DNA of 36,842 bases, from positions 1 to 36,842 of the forward strand of contig CAJVPI010000283.1 of NCBI GenBank assembly GCA_910592345.1, in the 5' to 3' direction. The translations under genes and the position numbers were made by a program. The first letter of the stretch is position 1; the number at the start of each line of letters is the position of its first letter. Of the stretch, positions 11,490 through 24,132 are shown piece after piece. This DNA comes from Paraglomus brasilianum. Its lineage: Eukaryota. Under the pieces are notes generated by a model. The model saw only the letters and a program-made list of their open reading frames with translations, was not told the origin of the DNA and made no database searches.

Positions 11490-12260
11490 TTGGTACCAAA
11501 ACTACTCGATAAAGCAAAAAAGAATATCTGGGATTGATAAACATAATAAAGGATTACTATTCCATGGCTGTAGTGAACTAAACCGGAGCGGTTCACTATA
11601 AACAGCCTCAACTGTAATTAGCACAAAATAGTTATTGTGTGGATTGCCTTGTAATAAAAGAGTAAAGAATACCCAAAAGCCATCGGTGAAAAGAGTAAGA
11701 TAATTGGTAAACTGTACTACTACGACCAAAGTCCATTTTATGTGTGAAAGCCAATTTTTATTCCAGGAAAGGCATTTGTCAGTTAAATCCCTACGTCCAT
11801 CATCCTTGTTAATTGGAACTTCACTCTTTAGGTTTGGTGGATGAATGGTGTTTTGATAAAAAAAATGTGATGGTGGCATGCTCCAAGTTGTCTTATTTCA
11901 ATTGTGGGATCATTAGTATCTAATTCCCGAGTTACTATCATATTATACAAAGGTCGCAAATCAGTTGCAACGTTTCTACAAGAACACATGGAGTACATTT
12001 TTTTTAATTGATCTCGCCTCTTCTTTTGTTATTGGAGAAGTTTCAGAAGTTTCAGTATGAGAGATATCCTCAATATTATCCCAATCTATAGTCGTCAGCT
12101 AGTAAATTTTCTTCGAGTATGTTGGAATAAATGTTTCTTCATAATCGCTTTCTTCGTCAAACTCTCAAGGCTTTCGTCGATCTCCATAAAAGCATTTTAA
12201 ATAACTATTTACTAAATGCTCTGTCTCAGGAATAGTTAATTGTTTAATGCTTGTAATTAA
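11490..12260 (-). pseudogene. Possible degenerate coding or transposon-derived fragment
   Basis: Patchy coding-like frames (ORF 11502-11879; acidic stretch FDEESDYEETF near 12130-12160) with many stops and no recognisable motif. Confidence 0.2.
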
Positions 12261-12714
12261 ATCAGTCAATTTATAACAGACGCGCCCATTATTATTTTAA
12301 ATTAGTGTCTATAATAATAATAACGTTCACCAGCTTGAGAGAATGAACTATTTGTCACCAGGAATCGGTATCTTTATCATCCCGCGACTTTTGGAGGTGA
12401 GTTTTTGTATATCATCGCTTAATTATTCTTGACACTGATTTGTATGTCCTAAATTCCTTAACAAAGCATTGGAAACGCAAACAGACTTGCTCCCTTTTTT
12501 ATTTACGCATATGCGAATATACTCAATAATCTCTATAGATCAATTAATTAATGACTGATCCCTTTTATTATGTTTTAATACACTTAAATATTCTTACTAT
12601 ATCGTTGGGCAATACATATGTATAGCCAACCATAAGAATATCTTCCATCTAGTGAATAGTCTCAGCTCTATATATTTAAAACTATTCCACTCCTTCACAG
12701 CCTCTCAAGTTCAC

Positions 12715-13854
12715 TTACTTTGAAAACACCTTCTCGATGGCCTTCCCAACGGCCTCTAAATCTTCCAGTAGCGTACTATGAGTTTCTTTAGATAATACGA
12801 TATCATGAGGTATTCCTTCGGGCAACTTTGCACTCTCGAACGGCACAACTCCATCGCCAGGAACAGGTACTCGCTGATAGTAGAGAATTTTCAATTTTCC
12901 ATCGCTTGATCTCTCAACGGGATACTTTCCGGTTGCAAAATGCTCGCCGCTCACAACGGTACAGATAGGAGGGTACTTAAAGTTGGGTCCTTTGTATTTT
13001 AAGCCCTCGCGGAATTTCTTGGCCGTCTCCAAGGATCGCTTCAAGTACGCAATTCTCTCTTCCTTGGTTCCCAATTGCAAATGTCTGGAAGTTTCCTCGT
13101 GGATAACGTCAGTCCAGTCGCTGTTCAACCACGCCTCAACATCATAGTGATCAATGTCTAGCTCTTCGTTGGTGATCGAGTCGACAAAAGGTGCCGTTGG
13201 AGGTAGAAATCCATAGGCCGTCCTTAAAGAGAATACAGTAGCCTTGTCTTGCAGTCTTTTATTAAAAAGTACAGGTGCCCCGTATTTTAATTCCCAGAAA
13301 ATACCAGCTGCGCCGTGGAATGGAGTGCCAGCGAATATACATCCAGCAAAAAGATGAGGGTGGCGATGCAGTGTCGTCAGCGTGATTAAGCCGCCGTTGG
13401 AGTGTGCTATGACGTAGATAGGTTGGTTTCCGTTACTTTTGTAGATGTCGGTCAGATATTCGGCAAACTTTTCCACCGATGCGTCGTTTTCTCGCCTCCA
13501 GTCGTATGCAAACGTATGCAATGTGAAACTTTTTTCGTCGTTGGATAACTTTTTGCTATTTTGGAGTGCTTTCAGATGCGTTACTATAGCATCGTAGAAT
13601 TTGTAATGGGCTATCTTCCTCATTATTTTGCCTGGTACTATTCTATCTTCTTCGTTACCGGTAATGTGAAGCGGAAGGTCGATAGTCTCTTTCGAGTATG
13701 GATTGAGCGGAGTGTGGAGATTGACCCATACAGTACGCTTGGAAACGGTATTGTATAATTTTGATCCCTTGTAGCCGTGGATTAAGACCACATCCCCTTT
13801 GAGAGAAGAGAAGCCAGGAATGTCGACCGGACGTTTACTACAGTAACTGCTCAT
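12715..13854 (-). CDS. Alpha/beta hydrolase, LCAT/PLA2-like lipase-acyltransferase family
   Basis: Intronless 379-aa ORF with VVLIHGYKGS oxyanion motif, FAYDWRR, AHSNGG nucleophile elbow, AGTPFHG, GDGVVP (Asp) and ETHSTLL (His). Confidence 0.9.
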   Translation of the reverse strand: MSSYCSKRPVDIPGFSSLKGDVVLIHGYKGSKLYNTVSKRTVWVNLHTPLNPYSKETIDLPLHITGNEEDRIVPGKIMRKIAHYKFYDAIVTHLKALQNSKKLSNDEKSFTLHTFAYDWRRENDASVEKFAEYLTDIYKSNGNQPIYVIAHSNGGLITLTTLHRHPHLFAGCIFAGTPFHGAAGIFWELKYGAPVLFNKRLQDKATVFSLRTAYGFLPPTAPFVDSITNEELDIDHYDVEAWLNSDWTDVIHEETSRHLQLGTKEERIAYLKRSLETAKKFREGLKYKGPNFKYPPICTVVSGEHFATGKYPVERSSDGKLKILYYQRVPVPGDGVVPFESAKLPEGIPHDIVLSKETHSTLLEDLEAVGKAIEKVFSK

Positions 13855-14269
13855 GATTGAGGACGAATTTGTAAAAAGAAAATAAAAAAAAAGATGTATA
13901 TCAATTGAAATTGATTATGTAAACGCAAGAGTGCGGTTGTTGATTAGTGTCTATTTGATAGCGAAAAGATATAACTCCTGGAAATCTCATACATACCATT
14001 ATGAATGTCTCAAACGATGTAACAGTGTACAATTAAGTTTTCTTATTGACAAGCAAAGGGTTTACCATTTGCAGTCATTGATGTGTTTGTGTGTTACGTA
14101 CGAATTCCTTTCAAAATGTTATTGGTAACATCTTTGTGTTCTTTTATTGGTAATTCTTGCGAACTGTATGAGAAATATCAAAATGTTCGTTTTTTCAGAT
14201 TTCACACCTTTCCGAATAAATACTATTTCGGACACCATTCACGTGCTATGTAATTTTTCGATTTCTGGG

Positions 14270-14395
14270 GCGCATGACGCCGTGATGACGTTTCTTTGGC
14301 AAGTTTCGCAGAGATGACGCAGAAATGACACTATATCATGAATTTGACTAACTGTATAGCAATAGATCGATAGAACGAAAGAACATATAAAATGT
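14270..14395 (+). promoter_or_regulatory. Cluster of TGACG (ATF/CREB half-site) motifs and a TATA-like element upstream of the LEA-like gene
   Basis: ATGACGC (~14274), ATGACGT (~14285), ATGACGC (~14314), CATATAAAA (~14385), in the divergent intergenic region between the hydrolase and LEA-like genes. Confidence 0.35.
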
Positions 14396-14456
14396 CGGAC
14401 AGGTCAAACTCTCTCGCTAGTCAACTGGACAAACATTTGATTGTCAGAAAAGAGCA

Positions 14457-15778
14457 ATGACACTTCGATTCATCCGCAATCCCATTTACATTACCAGACG
14501 TGCACTCCTAAGTAACACACAGTTACATCCCATTTCATTACCCATCAGTTACACTCGCACATCCATTGTCCGTCTTCGATCCACCAATGCACACACACAC
14601 TCAAGTCCACAAGATAAAGGACCGCATGATGAAGCACCATTCTCTACAGGTCCCACGCGGGAGAAACCTCATAGTGAAGGACATGCAGTAAACAAAGCAA
14701 AAGAAGTTTTAACATCAGAAGACATCGTCTCGAAACCTGACAAGATAAAAGAGGCTGGTGAAAAAGTAAAGGCCGAGACACGAGCAGACGTCGAATATGG
14801 AAAAGAAAAGATGGATAAGTTGAAGAAGAAGACAGAAGAAAAGGGAAGATCGGCGATGGAAACGGGCGAGTCAATTAAAGAAAAAGGAAAGGATATGATG
14901 CACAAGACGAAAGAAAAGGTGGAAGAGAAGGCGCATCAAGCGAAAGAAGCCGTCAAACATGCAGTTGATTCTGGGGAAAAGATGGCGGAGCATGTTGGGG
15001 ATAAAGTTAACGACTCGGTTGCAGGGGCGACTGAGAAGATGTATAATGCAAAGGAGACTGTAGTTGAGAAGGCTCGACATGCTAAAGAATCTATGAAAGA
15101 TAAGGCCGAGTCGATAAAAGAATCAGGAAAAGAGTCTTTACAATCTGCAAGTTCTAAAGTTGACGAGGCTAAATCATCTGCGAAAGAAACTGTCGATACG
15201 GGAAAATCTACCCTTGCCTCATCCGCTGAACCGGACCACCCATTCCCATCTCCATCGGAAGCAGCCGCATCAGCGATAGAGACTGGGCAGAATCTATTGC
15301 ACAATGTAAAGGAAAAGGTCGTTGGCACGTTTTCGAAAATGATGAACCCCGAGGCTTCTGATACGCAGTCTGAGGCTGCAGCGAAAGGGATGAAAGCACG
15401 GGCGGAGAGTACAAATGAAAAACCAAAGAATGCAGACGAAAAGGCAGCTGATGCACGAAAGGATTTGAACGCTGATATCGTAAGTCGGGTATCTGAATTT
15501 CCGTAGAAGCCTTGTATATGCCATATTTACATTGTACTAAAAAAACCAACCATGTATACAACTAGGGAATGCAGGATCAAGTCGGAAGTCTGGGCATACA
15601 GCCTGAATCGGAATCTGCTACGCCTCCGAATAGAAATCCCCCGACTTCATCCGCACATGATGCTGAAAAGCACAAACGTGCCGAGAAGAATCATACACGG
15701 GCGAATATTACTACACCCGAAGACCGTGGGCCGTTGAAGGAAACCAAGGAGGCGATTTCTCCGCGAAATTCAGTGTGA
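14457..15778 (+). CDS. LEA-like hydrophilin with probable mitochondrial presequence; exons 14457-15479 and 15566-15778 (411 aa)
   Basis: Arg/Ser/Thr-rich, acid-free N-terminus followed by K/E/A-rich helical repeats (AKETVVEKARHAKESMKDKA). Intron GTAAGT at 15480, TACTAA branch ~15535, TAG 15565, joining in frame to ORF 15569-15778. Confidence 0.8.
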
Positions 15779-15889
15779 ATAGTTTGTTTGTAAGATAAAA
15801 TTGGTTAGTGGAGGAAAATACCAAATAATAATAATAATAAAACAAAACGTTATGACACAATTTACTACTTTTGTTAATAAACGTCGCAT

Positions 15890-17138
15890 ATTAAAGCTTG
15901 TGCATTGTTAAACTCGTTCTAGCATTTTTTATTATAAGAATCTTCTTCTGAACATTTGCTTTTATCTAACTTTTCCATAACTTTGTTTGGGGTTGGCATA
16001 CAAACCAGTTTTTTACAACTGTGGCTGGTAAGTATTCCAATCCTTCGTTATAAAATAAACTATACTGAAAAAATATATTCCCATAGAAAGTCACGAATGG
16101 AATCTATGCCTTCAAGCATGTTTTCTTCCATGGACATGTTGAATAAATCGTAAAGAAAGTGTTGTGCTTGTAATCGGTCTAAAATACGCTCTACGTAGCG
16201 GCGATATTTTTAAGTCTTATCTCTAACTCGTCGTCATAAAGGCTAATGTAGTTGCAATAGTTCTCCGGTTTAAGGAATCCTTCTTTGGTGGTGGCAACTG
16301 ATAATTTTCTTCGTTTTGTTTGGATAAGCGATGACAGACCCATATCGAAGATTATTCACTTAGATGTCATATTCAGAAGAAATGTAACATATTTTTGATA
16401 AAATGTGCGTATGAACGTCTCGTAATAAGAATGACATATTTATTAACACGATTCTGCTTAATTCCTCTAGAGAAAAAGAGAGGGTGAGCTAGATACGGGA
16501 AACCCCAATTGTAGGTTAACTCGCTTATGCATATATTAAGATTATTGTGAATGTTGCGCAAAGAAAACGGTATGAATGTGATCGCATATACATGTTAATG
16601 TAGCATAATGATAGCTTAGACATTCACAATGTAACATAATAACATAATAATAACGTAAGAAGGCATAGTAATCAAAGAGTGACTATGAAACATTTTCATG
16701 ATGAGGATTTAACTTCTCACGTATAAAGATTGCCAAATCCTTCAACTCGGCGTTACTCTAAAGGAATCAATAATGATAACAATAATATAAATTGTTAGAT
16801 AATATTAAAATCACGTGATAAGATATGTATCATCTTACCCTGCTAGCCAATCCCTTTCGGCTTTCTTCCTGGTACGATTCATTGATGGAGGGGTTCTCTG
16901 CTTCTGCCAAATCGTGCACAGCAGAAACATACCTGTCGAAATAAATTAGGTCCGCATCGGTGAGGCACTCGGCACATTCTTCTGGTTCTGCCGGTGGTTT
17001 TTGTCCTACGATCATAACAACATCATGTCCTAAGAATTCCGGGTTCGGGGGAACTGTCATCGGTTTCCTACCGGGTTTTTTCCGGACCTTCAACGGGGAG
17101 ATGCGCTTATGTTCTGGATGCGTGTTAGAAGGCTTCAT
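15890..17138 (-). pseudogene. Possible multi-exon hypothetical gene or pseudogene beginning with an RKKPGRKP basic motif
   Basis: ORF 16830-17138 ends at a GTAAG donor. Downstream exon-like pieces (~16722-16760; ~16070-16330, e.g. YRRYVERILDRLQAQHFLYDLFNMSMEENMLEGIDSIRDFLWEY) do not form an unbroken frame. Confidence 0.3.
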
Positions 17139-17140
17139 TG

Positions 17141-17382
17141 TGCGTGTAAGATTGAGTTCGTGTGTGGGTTAATATTAATGCGTGTAAGATTGAGTTCGTG
17201 TGTGGGTTAATGCGTGTAAGATTGAGTTCGTGTGTGGGTTAATGCGTGTAAGTTCGTGTGGGTTAATGCGTGTAAGATTGAGTTCGTGTGTGGGTTAATG
17301 CGTGTAAGATTGAGTTCGTGTGGGTTAATGCGTGTAAGATTGAGTTCGTGTGTGGGTTAATGCGTGTAAGATTGAGTTCGTG
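17141..17382. repeat. 32-bp minisatellite TGCGTGTAAGATTGAGTTCGTGTGTGGGTTAA, ~8 copies
   Basis: Read directly. Copies differ only by small deletions (24- and 30-bp variants), one TATTAA insertion and a truncated last copy. Confidence 0.95.
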
Positions 17383-20300
17383 ACTTTGCATTTACGGTTG
17401 GGTGAGCAAATCCAAAGAGTAGAAAGAGTTCACCTCTTCATTTATAAGTTTACGATAGGTTGATGTGTAACACGTTATTTATAGATTAGACGACGTGAAG
17501 GGCGTTATTTTCGTACAGCATTCTCTTATCACAGTTATTATTGTTTATATTGCTTCCCCCTTGTCCGCCATGTCAACAGAATGGAATCAATTGTGATAAG
17601 AGAACAACAACCAAATTGTGCGAGGTGAAACCTTGACGAAAGATGCCATTGCGGCAAATCCAGTTTGAAATATAAAGGGAGATTTCCTTGTCCCATCAAC
17701 ATTCCATGGCTATTAATAGGGCGTTTTAATGTGACCAGCAACTAATCAAACGAGATTTATTTTTATTTTTATGTTTATTTTAAGGTTTACATACATAACC
17801 AATAAAATTAAACTTCGTGGACATTTCCTGTTGATAGAAGAAGCGGCGTAAATAGCGTATAGTGCTTATATGTTCGATAAGCCTATCAATTCAACCAACC
17901 AATAGCCTAAAGAGCGCATTGTCATATACATTGATTGATTGTCTATTTTCTCTGCCGAGCATTTCACGTGTATGTTGGAAACAATGCAAATAGCATGTAA
18001 TTAAAGCTGTAATAACAATGCTTCTTAATAGACTTGTGAATCACAATCGCTTTCAATAGAAGCCTAAAGGAACATTTACAATGATCATTATTTAAATGTA
18101 TTGTATCGTGTGTATTGTTATTCTATTCCATTATTACGGATCTCGGGCATTACCGTTGTAACACCTTTAATCCTTAAAGTCGGGGTTGATAAGTGCTTAC
18201 AAATCGGGAGGCAAAGCACATGTGAAGGCCCGTAGATAAGTACAGTTGTATGAGTATTTGTACTAATGCTAAATATAACAACCGGAAAAGGGGGGATGCA
18301 GTATTCCATGCACACACAATAACAACGAGTCAGAGTGGGTGATTTTTTTCTATTCATCTTTACGAACCTTCCCTTGTCTAACACTATCGCAATCAACAAA
18401 ATAACATAAATAAACTCGTATGGGCACGCTATCACTAATAGACTACTTGAGACATGCATCTCTCATTAGTCTCCTTGTCAACGAATGATAACAAGTGAAT
18501 TTATTAGCAATAGTAACAGTAGTTGTGGAGCATAGTCGTGGTTCTCGTGATCTAATTTATATCGTGTTACCTGTTGTGCTGCTATTATATTGTTTTGTCT
18601 TATTGACTTGTTTGTTGTTGTTTATAATAATCATTATTACTATATGTACAGTACATCCCCTTGTGTCAGTATTCAATGCACACGCACGCGCAAACCGGGG
18701 ATGATAATCTTTTGATTTCAGCCACTAACCAATAATAAATCCCATCCGCCATCGATTCATTTCAATAATGAACAATAATGTTATCTTGCTCGTAGGCGTA
18801 AAGGGTCAGCTTTGCCATGTGATGGAGCAAGGGATGTAAACATTTGATATCCAGACAATATTTCTTTATTTTAAGAAACCAAAGCTTTGTTCACACGAAA
18901 ACCCTCGAGCGACATGCAAACATAGAACAAGAAGTTTATTATAGTAGTAAACTTCCTATTTGTTACAGTATATATTTGTTCATAGTGTGTGTGACGTCTT
19001 GCACCCGGTAGACACTTTCAATTATTCCCACACATTTTCTTTATTTAGTTAAGGGCTTTGCTTTGTTATTGTGTTCCCCAAGATAAGCATGCGGACGAAT
19101 TAGGCAAGTGTTCCCCCGCTTGCTTAAATTGGAAATCCCCATGTTATCTATGTCTATTTTACTTTAACTTTGACATTTTATTATTTTCAATTATCAAGAG
19201 AATTTGTCTAAACAGAACGAAAGAAAAAGAAATGCCACAAGTTAGTTAGTTATTCCAGCATCAGTTACAATAATCATAGAGGCTGTAATTTGGCAAAGAC
19301 AGAGTGTCGCTATCTCATTTAAACGATAAACCAAGAATGTGCAGAGCACCACATGTACCACAATTGAACGTTTATCCGTATCTAAATATGGGTAACAGTT
19401 ACAATTAGCTCCTCTCCTTGCCTCCCCTTGGGCGCAACCGCAGATAAAGGGAACATGTAACTTTAAATTATTTTTACTTTTCGTCAGATTATCATTTTTA
19501 CCAATAATTAACCGAACCGGAGGCCATGCTTCTGCTCTGAGAGCTGCTATTAGTTTTTGTTACAATGCAAACTAGCTGACAGGTCTACTTCCATTTGGCA
19601 ATTTAAAATATAAACATAAAGATAGTTTTTATATGAACAACTGATACAGTACAATTAAAAGGGGCCAGCGATTCTTTGAATAAACATATATTCGGCAATG
19701 AATTATATTATTGTTTATATTACGTTTCTAAATTTAGATTTTAATCATTCGATGCGTTAGACTTTGGTTGTTTGTTTATTAGTGTAAAACAGAAGATTAG
19801 AACCAAATAGAATGTTGTAGAAGGCGAATGGCAAGGTGATATCGATCACTACAGTGTTGCCTACATTATCACCGTTGTACTATAGAAATATGTGTAATAT
19901 GTAAACAATGTATCATTATACACAATTATTTGCATTTCTTACTATTTGTCTTGTTAGTAGATGCGTCATAAAGCAAGTATTATATCCTGAATTATTTATC
20001 ACAGTGGTGCTCTTCGTTCTTGTCAAAGTCACTGAAACAAGCATCACACTAGCTCACAGCATCCAAGTAATAAGATGTCACCAGTAGGCAATCTTCTTTA
20101 GACACAAGTCGAAATTACTGTATAAATAATATTGTAAATACAAGTTGTCAATTGATTTTTTCAGTCTGTGTCGATATCTGTTACTTACAGTTGAACTTGA
20201 TCTAAATTGGATATTTGTAGGCCTCCAGCATAGTGCTGCTTCCCCAAATACCAGACTCATTCTTCACTTCGATATTGATTTCCATGTATTTGTGTTTGGA

Positions 20301-21126
20301 GCCTGCGAATCAGGTGGTCGTTCTACGGGACGATGCTGATGTAAAGGCGACTTGTGAAGATATTAATATCAAACATTCAATGTTCCAAGGACGTCCAGTT
20401 GCAATAGGTGAACTAGCAATATCTGAAGCAGAGTTTCAGATTGGAAGGGTTGTCTGGATCAACTGGTATATTCTTTGTCAAACCCTAATAATACGATAAT
20501 ATAAAGTAAGACTACGTTATTGTCAATAATCAAGGAATATTGACCTTGGAATTTAGGTGTTTCAATCGAGCCGCTCATGATATCACAAGGTCACTTTGTC
20601 GCGTACAAATTAGTTTATATCATTCAGACAAAATTGAACTTCCGTCGTAAGTGTGGTAAATAACAGTTTATCAATTGATGCAAAGATGTATTGATCAGTA
20701 GACGATTTAGTGCTCTCTCCCCACGTAATACAATTAATAACTTGTATTAATAGAATAATGATCATTGATATAGCCCATGTCTCTTCAACATTAAAAGTAT
20801 AATTACATTTCCTGAACATTTCGTTTATCTTGAGGAACATTTGTTACAATTTAAGATTTATTATTTCCCCCTCACGTCATTAATCTTTAATTTTTTCTCT
20901 TACATTTAAATTAAAAAATGTTCCATTCTTTTCCAATGATCATTACATCAATCTTGACGCATATATGCTTCTGTTTCAAATAACTACAACATACGCAAAA
21001 CAATAGACATCAGTTCTCATCTACATTAGCATTGAAGTAACAATTATTCAAAACAAACCACTATATTTACACAATAAGAACGACACTTTCTACAAACTTA
21101 AAGAGTTGGAAATGTGACTTGTAAGC

Positions 21127-24100
21127 TCAATGCCGTCTTTTGGATCTGTGGTCATCATCATCTCGAGAAGTCCCACTTCGCTTTCTTGACCTTTGACAGA
21201 ACACAGTTGTCAATTAAAAAAAAAAAAAAAAGGTAACGCAGACCAACGTAATAACACAATAACTTTTTTATAATTACCTATCATCATCTCTCGATCGCGA
21301 AGGATACTATAATTTTAAATTGAGTATGACATCTTTCATCCAATTCTGTGTATACTCTCGAATTTCAAACTTACCCGACTCTCCCGATCTCTAGACTCCC
21401 GACTGTCATATCCATGTCTCTCGCTGCCTCGACTTTCTCGATCATTTCGTTCTCTTTCTTCTTCCCTCTCTGACCCAGATCTATCTATCGAAGCATCACG
21501 GCCACTGCGTAGATGATGACTTCCATCAGGTGGTCCACCAGTCCGGAATGGCGGTCGCATTCTGTGAGAGAACGGCGCATCTGGTGGTTGATTTTCCCAA
21601 TCGTGATATTCACCACGTTGGCCCCCGGGACCGTGCATTGGACCGGTTGGAGGCCGGTTGGGGAACGAGCCTGGGCGGAACTGTGGACCACTGCGAGTTT
21701 CCATATCCCAAGCTGTAATATTCGTGATGCAAATAGATGAAGAATATAATGAATACATTACATAGATAGTTTGTCCCGTATTTTACATTTCATCACTTAC
21801 ATGGCTGATCTTCCATCGAGAAGAAAGGTCTACAAATAACAAGATGAAAACGTCAATGCCATCAACAGTCATCACATCTACATAAACAGCAGTTCCTCAT
21901 CCACCAGACACCTTACCTCTCCTCCATTTGCATTCCTCGACCACGCCCAACCATCCCTCCTTGCATGGGTCCAGGCATACCACCGGGCATACCAGGTGGC
22001 ATATTTCTAGGCATATTAGGCACTCCAGGCATTCCTCCAGGCATCGGGCCAGGCATGCCCGGTGGCATTCTGCCTGGCATTCCTACTGGCATACCTGGAC
22101 GCATCATCCCGCGTAAAGGTTGGCCACCACGGAATGTTGGATCAAAGCCCATTGGACCTGTTGGAGGCATATCCGGATTGCCCATAAAGTAAGGTGGCGG
22201 AGCGCCCATAGGAGCACCCATTGGGCCACTCATTTCCTACAAACAATTTTGTAAACATTAAGATTTACGTTAAGCAGTAAGAGATAATAATTATTACGAA
22301 AGCAATGAAAAAAGACTAGAAGTTAGAAATACAAACTGGTGCAAACATGTTCATTCCCATCGGCGGGTGACCTGATTTCGTTAAAATATATGCCCATATT
22401 TAGATTTATATACAATCAGTTGTTTTCGCAGTATGCTTATAATTTTTCTGACCTGCAAAGTTTTGTGGAAAATCGCTATCTTCTATTGTATATTCATCCG
22501 TCTGTGATCCTTCCAAGTTTGGCGGCGGACTGTATGAGGCATACATTAAATCTATCGTTAGAAATGCGAATCTAGCTGGTAGTGATAATTTCTGTTTAAG
22601 GTCTTACATTGGTTCCATCTCTTCAAGTGCAGCTTCTCTCTCGCTCGATACCACTTGAATGACTGAATCATCTTGATCTCGATTTCGTCGGCCTGATTAC
22701 ATTTATAGAAAAAGAGGGGGGCTCTAGTAAAGAACAGAGAGCTTTTACCCATTATATGAAACTGAATTTTTGAACTCACCTCGACGTTGTGATGAGAATC
22801 GCGAGTGATCGCCACCATGCGAGGGTTGACTTATCGATTGTAGCTCGGGTGGTAGATCCGGTATGTCTGGTTTAGATTCATAGACCTTTTTTAAAGAAAA
22901 GACAATCACAGCATACGCTCATATGACCAAATGCATAACTCTCATGTTGAGCTTTTTCACAAAAATGGCCTTACATTGATTCTTTTTCGTAAATGCTGTT
23001 CTTCGCGCATCTGCTTCTGTTTTGCACAGTAGGCTCGCCACGTATGTTCATTGAATCCGTAATTAAAATAATCCGTGATATCAGCACCTGGAATAACAAC
23101 CAACCCCCACCCATTTCCATTAGTTACTGGCGTATACACCAATAGAAACCATTCTATATTTTCACATACCAGGCTTGCGCCACGGTTTATCTTCAAACGA
23201 ATCGAGATCGACATCATAGACACTAGTCCCATCGATAGTTCCAACAGCATTGAGATCTATTCCAGGTGTCCGAGTCGCTCCTGTTTGTTGACCACCGTCT
23301 AAAAAAGCATACGGCGTTAGATCGACAAAACTGCTTTGTGGCGATACCGACTGTTCATTACTGCATACGTTTTTCTCACCGTGTCTCTGATTTCCGACCC
23401 CTTTATTAAGTTGATTAGGTTTAATATTGACAAGCGCGTTTGATCTAGACGAAGAGTCACGATTGCAAGAAGAGTTTATGCATCATTAGAAAGAGCACAA
23501 GGACAGATCACGAACATGGGTTCTCTGTTGAAATTTTTGCTTTTATTTATTAGAATTAAATGGTACCTATTACTATTATCCATCGATTTCGTTGGCGTTG
23601 AATTCATTATAATCTCTATATCCTGTCCAAATAAAAAAGAAGTAGTCTCAAACACAAGGAACCAGAAATTTGTACATTGAATCAGCCTTTTAATTCTATA
23701 AAAAGGTTTATTTACGGAATCACTATCTTCCTCTTCTTCCTCCTCTTCCTCCTCAGCATCCTCTTTATCCTCTTCAATACTTGTTTTCTGTTCATCTTCG
23801 TCTGCTGATTCCGCTTGTTCTTCTCTATAACTGCCTGCATTCAGTGGGAGTGCTTCCTTTGTCTCTTCTATTTCGTCGGTCAGTTCCACCTGTGGAAGTT
23901 TCTCTGCACTACTAGGTAGGTTATCTTCCAGAGGTATTATGTCTTCAACCTGATCAATTTGATTCAAATTATTTTCGTCTTTGAATTCGGATCCATATAT
24001 GTCATCATCGGTCCCTTTCTCAATTACGATTTCTTCTTTGGTATCCGGTTGCGGAGGGGCGGAAGGTTCTTCGGTGCCGTAGAGATATTCATCCTCGTCG

Positions 24101-24132
24101 TCAAAATCGGTGGTTGTTTTGCCTTCTGACAT
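21127..24132 (-). CDS. FIP1: Pre-mRNA polyadenylation factor Fip1 (multi-exon)
   Basis: Acidic N-terminus [19 protein letters not shown]. Fip1 motif [40 protein letters not shown] split by an intron. Pro/Met/Gly-rich region (21913-22233) and RE/RD/RS-rich tail ending HRSKRRH* at 21127. Internal exon boundaries only partly resolved. Confidence 0.93.

Noticed and set aside
14644..15561. Several antisense ORFs over the LEA-like gene
   Set aside because: Shadow ORFs arising from the repetitive, biased codon usage of the sense gene.
17141..17382. CRISPR array or telomere tract
   Set aside because: Units are contiguous with no unique spacers, no cas genes are present and the context is eukaryotic. 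Each 32-bp unit has only one GGGTTA, so it is not a (TTAGGG)n tract.
17400..19900. Short hydrophobic ORFs and possible ncRNA in the long intergenic region
   Set aside because: AT-rich chance ORFs without motifs; no tRNA, snRNA or rRNA signature recognised by eye. An Infernal/Rfam scan would be needed.
19990..20840. Possible minus-strand gene relic downstream of FIP1
   Set aside because: Has splice-like signals, but no consistent frame or recognisable motif could be assembled.
21485..23302. Alternative-frame and antisense ORFs within FIP1
   Set aside because: Explained by GC-rich Pro/Gly/Arg coding of FIP1 exons.
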